Source of the DNA: Epiperipatus broadwayi
Taxonomy: Eukaryota; Animalia; Onychophora
Direction: 5' to 3'
DNA: 64,000 bases
Assembly: GCA_028023455.1 (NCBI GenBank)
Contig: JAQFVV010000004.1
Location: 18,290,001 to 18,354,000, forward strand
Part shown: positions 25,500 to 38,990 of the stretch, piece by piece
Layout of the letters: each line of letters begins with the position of its first letter
Numbering within the stretch: the first letter of the stretch is position 1
The notes under the pieces: generated by a model
Told to the model about the DNA's origin: nothing
The model's input: only the letters and a program-made list of their open reading frames with translations
Databases searched by the model: none
Program-made: the position numbers and the translations under genes

Positions 25500-26460
25500 C
25501 CACAAGATTGAGTTAAGAAAGGCAGTGAACACTCATCAATATTTTTGAATCATGAGCTACAGTCAGACCACAACTTTGATCTCTCTAGGGCTGACAATGT
25601 TTGCTCTGAGAAAGATGATAGAAAGAGAAAGGTGAAGGAGGAGTGGTCTATAGCTAAAGAAATACATGCCGTAAATAAAAAAGAAACTAGCATCCCTCTT
25701 TCCAAAAAATGGCATCTATAACTTTCTTTATAGTTAGTAGAATGTAAATTAACTTCAAAAATTTAATTTTATGCTAATTTGATTAATAATATACAAAACA
25801 ACTTTAAAATGAGAGTTTAACAAACTTTAATTGTATAATGTTGTGACTATGATACATTTAGTATTCTAAGTGTTTAGATGAATAAATTAAATATTTGTAA
25901 CATGGAAAAAAACCTATTCTGTTGTTAAATGTATAAACATTTATTAAATCATTATATACTTCTTTTTTTTTCAAAAAGGAATTTTATTAACTAAGTTAAC
26001 AAAAAAAAACAAAACATGACAAATCATTCTTTGGACTTGCGTCTTCTGCTAATTAGAAATTCTGCCAGATAGACTAATACTGGTAAATGAAGAACTTGAG
26101 TTGCCTACTATTACTAGACTAGGTCTACGCTAGCCCAGGATTCAATGTGTGTCTGGTCTGGTGCAAGAAGCCGGTCTCTATCATGAGTACTTCTTAATAC
26201 ATTTATGAAGGTGTCGCTGACATTGTCATTTGCCTGTCCAAAGATGTACTTGCACCTGGTGAGCTAAACTGAAAGAGTGAGGAAAATGGATGTTCTGATG
26301 GTCGAAAATATGCTCGTCTTGATGGCATTTTGAATGCAGAGAGTGTTTCTATAGTCTATTGAAAATTTTTGGCAGATGAAAGTTCTGAGTGGGCTAAAGA
26401 AAGAGTAGTCATGTAGAAGATGGGTAATGGTTTCATCAGCAGGAACAAATGACTTTAATT
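25500..26460 (-). pseudogene. Two GC-richer decayed coding-like segments, possibly Merlin/ISXO2 transposase relics
   Basis: 25500-25720 reads FLERG...EQTLSALERSKLWSDC..FKNIDE. 26030-26460 reads ...QTHIESW(about 21 aa)YLAEFLISRRR. Motifs and spacing recall ISXO2-type DDE proteins, but the order is scrambled and no TIRs were found. Confidence 0.3.
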
Positions 26461-28439
26461 CCTTGATTTAAAATCAAAAACTTTATTAAAATTCTATTGC
26501 CATTCTTAACACAAAAACACTGATAGGCTATCAATTAAATACAAAATTATTTCGCAACATATTAAATTCTAAGAATAAAAAATAAAATTAAAAAAGAAAT
26601 AAATTGTATTGCATTCATTCAATGAAATGAGCAGACATTAAACAGAAATGTAAACAAAAACTTTGGAAAATCCATATTTCTCAGGAATTCTGAATGTTAA
26701 AATTCACAAGTAATAAAATGAATGAAATTCCTACAATCTTATTGTATTTTGCTGATGCATAGCCATGTTCAAATTTAAGCCAGCTGTTCATGACTCCGAA
26801 TTGAATGGTGAAGCTTGAGGGGGGGGGAGAAGAATCATCCAGGGTTACAAGCTTTTCTCTAATTAAAAAAAATTAATAAATTATTTATTAGAATAACATG
26901 CAGACACACAAAATTATTATCTTAGAGAAATGAATGGTTTTTTATAAGGGGGAGGGTGGATTTTCAATTATAAACAAAACTTTTTTTTAAAATTTATTTT
27001 GAAATTTTACTGCTACTAATTTAATAAAAATTATTTTTAAAATACTATGTTCATTTTGACACTTAGTACCTGTCATTTTAATTTTTTGCAGTTTTGAAAT
27101 AGTCCTTAGTGGTTGTTTGAATTAAATATCCAACTTTTTATGTTAATCATAAATCATTCTTACAAATATTTCAATTTTGGAAATATAGAAAAAAGAAGTA
27201 ATAAATTGAAATATATATTCAGAATATTTAAAGAACAAATGTTTTTTTAAATCCATTTTTAAAATGCAAACAAATTATTATTAAGATTTCATAAATCAAT
27301 GAAATTCTGTTTTAAAATTCCTCTTTCAGCCAATCATAACTTGTTATTTACTATTTTTCTTGACTCTTCTTCTAAAAACAACTACTTTCAAATCAAATCT
27401 TGTCAAAAATAAATATTACACAAATATTTCTCAAAAATAATCATAAAATATATAAACAAATTACAAGAAATCTTAAAAGCTCCCACACATGTTCTCATGT
27501 CTGAAAACAAAGAAATTACCGATCAATGTCATTGTTAGATTCTTTGTTAGATTTCACTATACAATACGAATAGTTTGAGTTTTTCAAAATTAATAAAGCT
27601 TTGGTATTTTAGTTTCAATTTTTGCCATCAAATGAATGTGAAACTAGCACACAAATTTTAAAAATGGACACAAAAAAATTAATTTAAGCTGAAACAAATG
27701 AAATGCCATGTTACTGTAATCTCATAGTCAAAACTCTAAAAAAGGTTAATCTGAAAAATACTAATTTATAATCAGTCCAATAATAAAGGAAGAATAACAT
27801 GTATTTTAACATAAGTGAAGAAATTTTTAATATATGTGTGTGTGCACTTATGGTGCTCTGAGATAGGAAAATGATTACTATCACTTTGTAAAATTTATTT
27901 ACAAAGTTTATTTTATTTTTCTTAATTTGATTGCTTATGATGCTCAGATGAACAAAAAAGGCTGCTCAAATATCATAATATTTGCTGATTTTAATGGTTT
28001 TTTTTTAAAATTTTTATTTATATATTTGTTTATACATTTCTTTGGATAGCATGAAATTGAAGTTGCATAGTTAAATATACTGTAGTTTTCACTCCACTTT
28101 ATTTCCAAATTATATTCTTAATTGGCTCAATACAAGGAATAATCATCAATTAATGAGATGCATGATTCATGTTAATGCAAAATTAAAGGCAAAAACTATT
28201 AAGAAAGATAGAACAGTTGTTAATTTTTCACCCACATCTAAAGAAAATTTAGAAATGTCTTTAAATTTTTCTTCAGATTTCCCCCCAAAGAAGTGCAAAT
28301 ATTTTAAATAATTTTCTCAATATATTAGTAAGCATCTAGTAAATCTACATCTATTACTTGTACTGTTCGGTTAACAGCCATATAATATATTACATTTAAG
28401 CAAATAATAAACACTGAAGTTTTACAAATTATTACTAAA

Positions 28440-28740
28440 CGATGCATTTCTTACATGTTGATCCTATCCAGTTCTTAGACATTTCTTCTAATTCATCAAA
28501 AATGAATTGATAATTCTTTGAAAAATTTTATCTAGTTTTTGAAAATAAAAAAATTAGCATAATGGTTCTTCATTCTGGATTTTTTTTCTAAAAAATTTAT
28601 AATAAATTTTAGAATTTCAATTGTCTGGTAAATTTCTGATCCAATCTTTAAATCATTCATAATCACATTAAATCTGTGAGAAGTTACATAAGTTGTTTTG
28701 GATTTTTGAGCTTGAACACCAATTTCCTTTCCTACCATAT
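28440..28740 (-). mobile_element. LINE RT-domain fragment
   Basis: GKEIGVQAQKSKTTYV...LKIGSEIYQTIEILKF resembles the post-YADD 'GL.IN..KTK.M...I....F.YLG' segment. Confidence 0.35.
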
Positions 28741-29699
28741 TTACACTTAGCTAATTTGTTGATGTCCAAGCCATTTGTTTAAAATAGCACAATTAATATT
28801 GTTCTCATCCATTTTATAGAGTTTTGTAAATTCTAATCTTCTTGCTCACCTCATCATTATAAAACATTAATTGTTTATTTCAGAAAAATTTTGGTTGTTC
28901 CAGAATTTTAAAATGCTGTATTAAAATTATAGTAAGTGATAATGACCTGCTTTTTTAATAATATAAACATCCCCAAAGTACTTTTACCAACACTTGATTT
29001 GAAAAATAATCTGAAGAGATCAGTATTTTTTATGGACAGTCATTTAGATCTAAGGGATACTACTATTGTTTGACAAAGAAAAAAACTTTTGGGCATTTAC
29101 TTTTTTCTGTTTATGTTTTCACACAAAGATTTTGGTATAAACAAAATATGATTTTTACTTGTTTATACAATATTTTTAATTATTTTTATGCACTAATTGC
29201 TTATTATTTAAAATAAAAGAAATGCACTTGTACACTTTCAATTTATTCATCTATTTTTTACTTTTAGAAGTAGAAGTTAATAAACTTGACCATAATATAA
29301 ATAATGAAATCTATTGCATGTACAATGCCATTATTTGTCAGAATTGACACAATGTTAAAATCCTTTCAAATATGGTAAATGTTATAAAGAACATATTATA
29401 TTTTAAAGCAAAACTTGCTATATCTATAATAAATCTATTTTTGTTCATTCACTTTAAAAAAACTACTTAAAATGAAAACATTTTGTTCATTTACTGAGTG
29501 TTTATATTACCTTGATTGGTGGTGTGTATGGTACAAGATTTGATTTTCAAGCCAGTTTTTAAATATTTAAAAATATGATTTTTTTTAGATTTGTTTATAA
29601 AATTAAATTAAAAATAAATCATGTCCAACTTATTAAGTTTTAGTATAAAATAAAATTTTTATACAATAGTGATGGTTGAGCAGCTACAAAAACTCTCAC

Positions 29700-30535
29700 C
29701 AGGTGGAACAAAAGAAAAAATCAAATTGTTAACCAGCTAAAAATTCTATCTACCTGAATAAGAGTAAAGAAACCAATACTTAATATAAACAACAAACAAC
29801 TGATTAAAAAATTTAAATTCTGGTCACTTGAACCTAAGTATTTGAATTTTCTTATCAAAATAAATGTAGAATCCCTACCTACACTTCACTTTTATAGACA
29901 CAGAAGACAGTATAAGAGCGCTGATGAACAATGCAGCCTTTGCCATAAAGATTCAGAAACTCAATATCATCTTTTCTTTGAATGTGAGGGCTTTGAGAAC
30001 ATATGCAAAGCAATACCAAAACTTTTTAACAACCCCAAATAATCAATATCCTATTCCAGACATTAAAACAAGGAATTTTTGCAAACATTCATGCTAGCAT
30101 ATTCGTGTTATATGTTACCTCGTGTACCAGATGCAAATTTGTGTGACTGCAATTCCAGAAGACCCCCATACACCTTCTGGAATAAACTGGAAACTTTTAA
30201 AGAAATAGATAATAAACTATCATTCACACACAATGTTTGAAGACACTTGGTCTCTAACGCAACAATATCTGAAACCATAATAAGATAAACCATCCTCTGA
30301 AAATGAATGCGACAATGATAAAACCTCAAGATTTGGACATTTTTTCCCCTTCTTAACAAACTTCAAAACTTTTTTTATATAAATGTTGTATAAATCAATA
30401 ATGTAAAACCACTTTTTTAAAAATCTGTATTCTGTTATAGACTCTTCCTCATAGTCAAAACTGATGTTTTTTTTTCCTTTTTTTTAAACCTGTTGTAATT
30501 GATTTGTAAAGAATAATAAATGCCTTTAAAACATA
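29700..30535 (+). mobile_element. 3' end of an L1/Tx1-like LINE (zf-RVT/CCHC region and tail)
   Basis: FLIKINVESLPT...CSLCHKDSETQYHLFFEC is a C-x2-C...H-x4-C knuckle; followed by a TGTA-rich 3' UTR with AATAAAT and an A-rich end. Confidence 0.7.
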
Positions 30536-31154
30536 AAAATTCTATTTATCCTTATATTTTTATTTTTGTCAACAAACACAATGCTAGCTGAAAGTTGCTT
30601 CATTCCAGTAATATCTGTGATTTCATTAATTAAGAGTGAAAATCTAGTAGATTTATAGCAAATATAATATATTTTCATATTTCCATTTTCAGCTCTTATA
30701 GAAGTGTGCTAAGCATTTCTAGCTTTCATCAAATGATCTTTTAAAATTAAATCTCCAACTTCCATCTAAAATTAAAATAAACCATTCAAATTTTCAAATC
30801 ACAGTTTTTTAACCACAATAGCAAATCATGTGTGGTACAAAATACAATGAATCATAAAATAAAAACTACTGAACTTAATAGTTTTTTGTAATGATTTATC
30901 AATTTGACAAATTATTTGACGATTATAAAATTATGGGCAACAATTTTCTGAGAGATCTGTTAAAATCTTTATATTTTATAAATGAAGATTTTGAAATATG
31001 AATTTTTTTTCTACAGAACAGACTCTTTCATACCCGCACTTATATATGTAATATATAGGGGTTTGAACTTAGACCTTCACACAACCCTCAACCATCATGC
31101 TATCTCATATCACTGATACACTTGATCACACACATGTTGAAAATATAAATAATC

Positions 31155-31197
31155 ACCAATATCGTATTTCGTGCTAAACCAGCACTCGTCAGTTGGT
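31155..31197 (-). ncRNA. Minimal type-I hammerhead ribozyme, core intact
   Basis: ACCAA-CUGACGA-GUGCU GGUUU AGCAC-GAAA-UACG-AUA-UUGGU: perfect stems I and II and all conserved core residues. Confidence 0.85.
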
Positions 31198-31612
31198 CCA
31201 AATTATCATCTCCACACATATATACAATCAAAGCTCAGCTTATATTAAGATAGCCAATCTTCATACTTTAATGGACCAGCTTCAAACTACTCCATCCCAC
31301 AATTCTTCAGTGATCCATTTCCTTGAATATCTGATGATGGAATGCTCAAAGTCCACCTTAGTGCCATCCTTCTCATCCTACCCATGTTGCCCACAAGTCA
31401 CTCTGATCCCTCATGTACAGGACATAGTCTATTTACATACATATACGAGAAATGGGCAGACATTAAAGCACTAAATTTGAAATATGATTTTTTTTTCTAC
31501 AGAACAGGCTCTTTCATACCTGCACTTATATACGTAATATATAGGGGGTTTGAACTCAGACCTTTACACTCTGATACCCTTGATCACGTACATGTAGAAA
31601 AGATAAATAATC

Positions 31613-31655
31613 ACCAATACAGTATTTCGTACTAAACCAGCACTCGTCAGTTGGT
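31613..31655 (-). ncRNA. Minimal type-I hammerhead ribozyme, core intact
   Basis: ACCAA-CUGACGA-GUGCU GGUUU AGUAC-GAAA-UACU-GUA-UUGGU; one G.U wobble in stem II. Confidence 0.8.
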
Positions 31656-34214
31656 CCAGATTGTCATCTTCACACATATATAAATCAAAGCTCAGCTTAT
31701 ATTAAGTTTTTATAAATGTACTTTGTCAACCTTGCTATTTTTGGTATAAACAAAATGCAATATTAGTTAAATGCTTTTCTTGCATAATACAACCATAGTA
31801 ATTATTCCTCTAATCAAGCGAATCTAAACTTTTTTCAGAAGAATTGATCTTGAAATCATGATTTGAAAAAATTTCAAAATTTAAGCAAAAATTCCAATGT
31901 AAAAAACCAATATCATATTCCAATAATTTACCTGATAAAATTGATCCCAACAGTTATTTTTCTTGCTCAATTCCTATTTTACCTATATTTGCAATTTTTT
32001 TTTCTAGAGAAAAAAAAATTATGTCCATTCTGAAAAAGAGAAAAGACAAAATATTTGTTTAAGAATAAAGCTATAAATTTATTATTCTCTTTTTACAGTG
32101 AGTTATTTATACAATTTCATGTATAAAATAAAATGACCATCTTAATAATATTAAAAATCAACTAATTAATATCAGTCACGACTTATTTATCAAAATCTTA
32201 TTATGACCCCCCCCCCCCCATTTCTGACAAACTTTTTTTTCTTCTGGTTTTTCATGGTCCTAGCATTCATTTTATTTGTTTAATTTTACGTGCTTTAGAA
32301 TCCTTGTTGAATGAATATGAATTAATGGGATTATTCAACACACAAAGAAATCTACGTTAACGCGCTCAGCACTATTATTGGGTGGTAGTTTTTCCCTCAT
32401 CAACCTTATGATGAACTTGTTTCGTTCTAATCATAAGACAGTGTTTAATTAACTCACATACAGTATATAATTAGCTGTTTATTCGAATACAGTATTTATT
32501 ACAGACACATAAACGCATTTACCCTCCCCCATAGCAAAAATTCAATACCATCAGATTGTTACAGTTTAGTGATCGAAAACTTTTAAATAATTTTCATAGT
32601 TTATAAATAATATTATGAAAAAATAAAATACATAAAAATCCAATTCGTAATATAAGCCCCCAGGCTGTAAGAAAATTAAATCCTGTCCTTTTTCAAGATT
32701 AATTATTTTCTAAGCAACTTTATTATCCAGAAGTTAGAGTAGTAATAATTTGTTTCGCCTTTTTAAAAATGTACTGGAGTGTCCTTGAGTAGGAAATTTT
32801 AATTATCTTTGAATAATAAGCACTATGTTGCTTTAACTTAACGTTTCACTGTTTACGATTATTTTGACAATAATGTATGTTGTATTTCAAATGATTTTTA
32901 ATTGTCATCAAATTAAATTTTAAATTATAAATTGATCTTTTAAATGAACCTGTTTAAAATTTTCACCACCTGCAGGTGAGTAAGATAAATTAATAACGTA
33001 AGCACGAGTGTTTTCCTTTCAAAACCAGTGCACTCTAATCTGATTGTCAATAAAACAATTCATTCAGAATACATAGCTTTATTATTAAACTTTTTTTTTT
33101 TTTGTTTAAAAAAACAACAACACAAATTTAGTCAAGCATTGATAAATAATAAATTATTTAATTAAAAAATATATATTCTTTCAGGATATAAGAAATTGTA
33201 TTTTTTTCCTAATGGTAAGGGTCAACCTTATCCTGTTCAATAGCGATTGTACATCTGCAGTAATTTTGTGGTTTGCAAATTGAAGCAACGCTGTTCACCG
33301 AGTTTTGTTAAACCTGAATTGTCAAGGTTTTGATATTTTTAGAAATTCGGTTCTAGTAACAAAAATTGTAGTAAGTACAGTAATTATTTCTCTTTCTTTT
33401 TTTTTGTAAAGAGCAATTTAATTAATTAATAATCAAAATACGGCAAATATAATTTAATTTTTTTTAGAATTTTTTTTATTTTTTATAAATAGAATCTATT
33501 AGTTGGTTAAGGAAGCATGTATGTATACGCAAATACACACATATATTAGCAGTTATTTATTAAAAGTTGGATTGTAGATACGTCCAAATCAAGCTCTCTT
33601 TTCTAAATAATATATTTATAGTTACCTTCTAACCATAGCCACTTCTTTTTAATGTCATCTATCAGATGGGGTATGGAAGCTTGTATATGTACATAAATGC
33701 ATACATACTTATTAGCAGTTTTCTGCTAAAAGTCAGATTGCAGACATAGTACAAAATCAATCTTTCTTTCTTAAATTGTGTATATATAAATTATCTCCTT
33801 AAAGATAACTTTTTTTTCCTTTCTGCAGTACCTTCCAATATATTTACATTATGTCTACGTCCTCTTCCTTTTGCTTATTCTAATTATATCCCTTTTCAAG
33901 AATTAAAAAAAAGTCTAATCTTACTAATCTTAATAATCCTATTTTCTTTTACACTTGGATATATCAGATCCTTTGCTTCCTACTAAAATTTATTATGGTT
34001 CTAATAATTTTACTAATGTAACAATTAGAATCTAATATCAGAATATATATTTCCAGTGTGTTGACCATTATGGAAAAATAATGAGTAGAAGGACTTAGCA
34101 AGACACATTAAATAGATATCCTGATTTACCTGAGACAAGAATATATATATAAATGGGGATAAATAATGAACTTTATATATTTGTAAGTTTTTGTTTTTAT
34201 CAGTGCATCTTTCT

Positions 34215-34400
34215 TAATACAACTATCCATAAGCCCAAAAGTCAGACCATCTTATACTGCAGATACATTAGAAACAAGCATATTATTAATAAAACCATAT
34301 AGTATATTATAATTTAACTTCATACATGCATAACATCATATATATATATTTCAAACTTCTATTCCATCTCATATTACTGAAACATGATCAAAGTGAGATA
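34215..34400 (-). mobile_element. Family D fragment
   Basis: AGCCCAAAAGTCAGACCA...GATACATTAGAAAC...ATTACTGAAACAT matches 54685-54830 and 55375-55615. Confidence 0.5.
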
Positions 34401-36133
34401 TTGTAATAATTTTAAAGATCAAGTGGAAAACAGTGACTAGAAAGTACTATTAATCCTACTCATCACTCGGTCATCGACCCAAAAAAAAATACAGTATATG
34501 TAATTAAAGTTGGCATATAATGAAAAAACTAAAAATTATCATTTGAAGCCCAAATATTAATTCAAGCATTCAAACTCTAACTTCAGACAGTTGAAATGTA
34601 TAAGAAGCTTGAAAAGATCGGATCCAACTGCAAATTATAGAAGCATGAAGGATCGATCTAAAAAGTACAGTAAACATTTTTGCATCAGAAACTCAATAAT
34701 ATGCAAATTATATCTCATGGTGAAATATTATGAAAACACATTATCACATGATTACATTACAATGAAGAGATTTTAATATTTGGATTGACAATCAACTTAA
34801 AAATATCTGTTTTGGAAATTTATGGGTATGTATAAATTGGCTTACATATATTAACTATTGAACATATTTGTTGAATATATATATATATAAAATTTCAGAG
34901 TTTACAATGCATTCTTCAATTAAAACCTATCAATGTAAAAACAATTTAGCCAGGGTATTTCACTACACTTGAATTTCAAGCAGAATATACTACCATCAGA
35001 TCAGCTAGAGCCTTGAAATATCTGAATCCTGATGCCAAAAATGATGGTCCAATTCACACATATATTGTGTTTGTGACTTGTCTGGTTTTAATGCTTGAAC
35101 ATATTCACAATAAGATATACATTGCATGCATATTATCAATAGAATTTTTATTGTACTGATTTAATATGTAATCGACATGTGAAGGTATCATATATCCTTG
35201 TATATAGTTTGGTAACATGTTTCACTTTGGACCACCCTTTTATACTATACCACTTATTTAAAGCAAAATGTACATTAAATATCTAGGTTCTGTGTTGGTA
35301 AGCCAATTTGTGTGAGAAAATTATATCAATTAAAGTAGTAATTAAATATTGGTCAGTTCTATCATCCATTGGTCAGATCATCGCAAGTAGCTAATTAATT
35401 TATTTTATATGTACATGATCTTTAAAATGTGATTTCTAGCCATACCAAGACACATTTTCTTCAAATATAAACTTTAATTTTGAGATATATATTGTATGGG
35501 ATGCAAAACACATGAATATTCCTAAATGCATAGCTTCATGTAAAGCAAAAGAATTACTTAATATTTAAACAATTTTATTATAAAAATTAAAAATAAAAAT
35601 TAATAATTTAATTGTTTAACAATTAATAAGAGATTAAATAAAAATATACATAAGTAAATATACTAAAATAATATTCAAAAGACTGTTTAGTTGATTTTTG
35701 CATAATTAAAACAAATGTGAAAAAACATAAACCAAAAGAGATGTGGAGAAGCACATTTACATATACTAATGTCAACCCAAATTTGAATATATTTATGTGC
35801 AAACACAATGTTTTAGATAAGAAAAAAGAAGCAAAGATTAAACTGCTTAATTATTAATTTACCTTTCAATTAGTGACTTAAATTATTTTGGATTGAAAAA
35901 TATTTGTCTATATGCATAATTATATATATAAAAATATAATGACCTATCATGACACTTCTGGAGGTTTGATACAATATATAAAAATCTTCTATCTGATATG
36001 AATATAAATCAATAGTAATTTTTAAATATAATTATCCATCTTAATGACTTTTTTTATTTAAATGATCACAATGAAATTATTTAATCTTAATGCTTGTATA
36101 TGTGCTTATGAGTTTGTTTATGAATATCAAGTA

Positions 36134-37181
36134 CACCTGGGTCTCTTTTTACGCGGACTTATTTAACACGATTTTGAAGTTACGCGATTCGTGTTTCACC
36201 GGAAGTCGAACTCCGATATTGCACTATTACGTTAAATAATAAATTTGGCGCACTTACATTATATTGAAAGTAATAGCACATTATTGGAATTCGACTTTCA
36301 TCTTAGTAATTTCAATATTTTCAGTGCTTTATAATAGTAAGATTTTATGCAATAAAGAAATTAAAATCATAATTTCTACATTTTATGTATACACACATTA
36401 AATTTTACAAGATTATAATGTAAATTTGTTCAAACATTGTGCATGTTAATTTTGCATTTTAAATCACATTCTGTTTTTGCTTTTTAAAAAAGAACGTAAT
36501 CAATTATTAATCATTTAGTGTCCACAAGTTTATTTTTAAAAGGTCAGTAATAAAAGTGGGCACAATTAAAGTTGACAATTAAAAATTAAAATCTGATTTT
36601 TAATTGTAATTAACAATTTAAAAATTACTTACGGCGACTTGAAATAATGTGATGTGAAATTTGATTTTTAAACGGAATTGAAAATTAAAGACAAAAATAA
36701 GAATTTAATTTTTAGTTGTTAGTTTCATAAACAATTAATAAAATCATCGTCTCAAAGATTAATTACTAATTATGCTGTCACCAGAAAACCATTGACATAA
36801 CATTTGCAAACGAACGTGTTTTTCGGCAAATAGCTATAATAATTAAAACGTGTATAAAAAAAATGTAAATTACTGTACTGTAAATTATGCATAAAAATAT
36901 ATTATTTTGAATAAAATTAAATATTATAGTTAAAAAAAGTTTGTCTTGTATCTATTTTTTTCAAATTTGAAATTTTTTATTAGTCATATTTTATTTCCTT
37001 ATTTTTTTTTTTGTGCGAATTTTAAAGTAATTTTATGTTAGTGCTTTGCTTTTACGCAAATTTTGAAAAATCACAGACCGCATCCCCCCTTTTTCAATGT
37101 AAGTTACGTCTATTTTTGCACGATTTCATTTGCGCGTGTTTTCTGAGGAACCTATCTATCGCGTAAAACGAGACCCAGGTG
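36134..37181. mobile_element. Tc1/mariner (Tigger-like) MITE
   Basis: 22-bp TIR CACCTGGGTCTC(T/G)TTTTACGCG with one mismatch; TA on both sides (36132-33, 37182-83); no ORF. Confidence 0.85.
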
Positions 37182-37904
37182 TAATTATAATTCATTGATA
37201 TTAATATGAAATAATTATCAAGCAATTTTAACTAAGTAAAGCAAATTATTCTTTAAAATAACTATGGAAAACACATTTAAGTTTTTAAATTTGTTTAAAA
37301 AATTGGTTGTTTTCTCATCCCTGGTGTTCGCCTAGAGATGTCGCTATTTCTAGGTCAATTCCTAGAAATATACCGTTTCACCGACCTTCACCCAACAAAA
37401 GAGAAAATTTTCTACATTATAAACGCAGAAAAGAGTCCTCACATTATGTTGGACGAAGGTGGTGTCGGCGACAGAAGCCAATACAAATGAGACTTCTTTC
37501 TATGATAAAACACAGAAAGAGTTCCCAACGGCTGCCGGTTATGGCTTTTTTTTTCTATGCTAAAAGCAAAGAGAAAGAACTGCCTGATTGCCATAGTAGT
37601 TGATTTTGTTCATCATTTTCTCATAATAGTAGAATATCTATTTTCTTTGTAGTTTCGTGTGAGTGTGTATTTGAAGCAGTCGTAGTTTTTTAAAATTTGG
37701 TAAGTCGTCTATTTTTTTTAATGTGTTGTAACTTACTTTACTGTTGTAAGTTTAATAATAATGTCCTGAAGATTCCATTACGAATGGGTAACCCTCAAAA
37801 ATTGCTTTTAAGGGTGCGGAACGGAAAAAAATTTAAGGATCACGCAAAAGTACCGTTTTTACGAGAATTCGTCCATGACAAGTTACTTTTGCTATATATA
37901 TATG

Positions 37905-38400
37905 CACAAACAAAAACAACCCAGTGTCCAATTATTAGGAATTACTTGTCCAAAAAAGAAAATTAGTTGGGTATTATTATTATTGTTACATTTATTATTT
38001 CAAAATAAGATTAGTTTTTATATCTACACACTAACAAAAACAACCCAATTCCTGCTTAATTACTGTCTTTAAAAAAAAAAAAAAAAGAAAGCAAATTCAA
38101 TGGGGTTGGGTTTTTTTCAATGGAGTATTTGAATTACGGTATTATTTTTTTATAAATATATATACACAAGATTTACCAAAAAAAAAAAGAAACCCACTTT
38201 CTGATTAATTGCTGTCAAAAGAAACGCAAATTAGTCGGCTATCATTTTTAAATTTAGTATTTTAATAACAGGACCCTTTTTATATAGACAGAGTTAACAA
38301 AAACAACCCACTTTCTGATTCATTACTGTCCCCAACAAAAAAAAAAAAAACGGAAACTAGTCGGGTATCATTTTTCAATTGAATCTTTCAATGACGGTCC
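37905..38400. repeat. Degenerate tandem array, 4 copies of about 130-140 bp, inside the TIR element
   Basis: Recurrent ACAAAAACAACCCACTTTCTGATTAATTACTGTC-like core near 37910, 38035, 38185 and 38300. Confidence 0.7.
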
Positions 38401-38469
38401 TTACTAATAGTAGTCGGGTATCAATTCTAAATTGTGGTATATAAATGACATTACTTTTGATAGATTTAG

Positions 38470-38990
38470 AATTACATCTTGCTTTTTTAATAAAAATAAT
38501 TGATTTTTACTCTTGACCAAAAATACCGTAACTTTAAAAAAAGACACACATAAAGTCTCAAAAAAAAATGAGAAAAAGCTGTGTAACTTTAAAGACACAC
38601 ACACAAACTCAAAAACAATCTAAGATTAATAAACATTGACTTATTACATCTTGCTTTTGAATCAAATGATTGATTTACTCTTGCAAAAAAAGCTACCGTA
38701 ACTTCAAAAAGACACACATAAAGTCCCCAAAAAAATATTAGAAAAAGCCCCGTAACTTTAAAGACACACACACAAATTCAAAAACAAGATAAGATTAATA
38801 AACATTTACTTATTACGTCTTGCTTTTGAATAAAAGTATTGATTTACTCTTGCAAAAAAAAAAAATCGTAACTTTAAAAAGACACATAAAGTCCAAAAAA
38901 AAAAGTTAGAAAAACACCGTAACTTTAAAAAGACACACACACACAAACTCAAAAAACAAGATAAGATTAATAAACATTTACAAAATGAAA
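38470..38990. repeat. Tandem array, 3 copies of about 170 bp, inside the TIR element
   Basis: Unit TAC(A/G)TCTTGCTTTT...CGTAACTTTAAAAAGACACAC...AAGATTAATAAACATT repeated three times. Confidence 0.9.

Larger units (their letters stand above)
30985..31707 (-). mobile_element. Family C partial tandem (about 486-bp unit) with two hammerheads; retrozyme/pLTR-like
   Basis: TTTGAAATATGA.TTTTTTTTCTACAGAACAG recurs at 30990 and 31476; 11-bp flanking duplication TTTTATAAATG (30974-30984 / 31708-31718). Confidence 0.85.

Noticed and set aside
31342-31635. 97-aa ORF with a signal-peptide-like N-terminus (MLKVHLSAILLILPMLPTSHS)
   Set aside because: Antisense to the ribozyme strand of family C, crosses the tandem junction and is not open in other copies.
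33505-33820. Degenerate about 165-bp tandem duplication
   Set aside because: Old local duplication with no motif, structure or TSD that I could identify.
37905-38990. Regularly spaced repeats as a possible CRISPR array
   Set aside because: Whole units are homologous with no unique spacers, and the context is eukaryotic.
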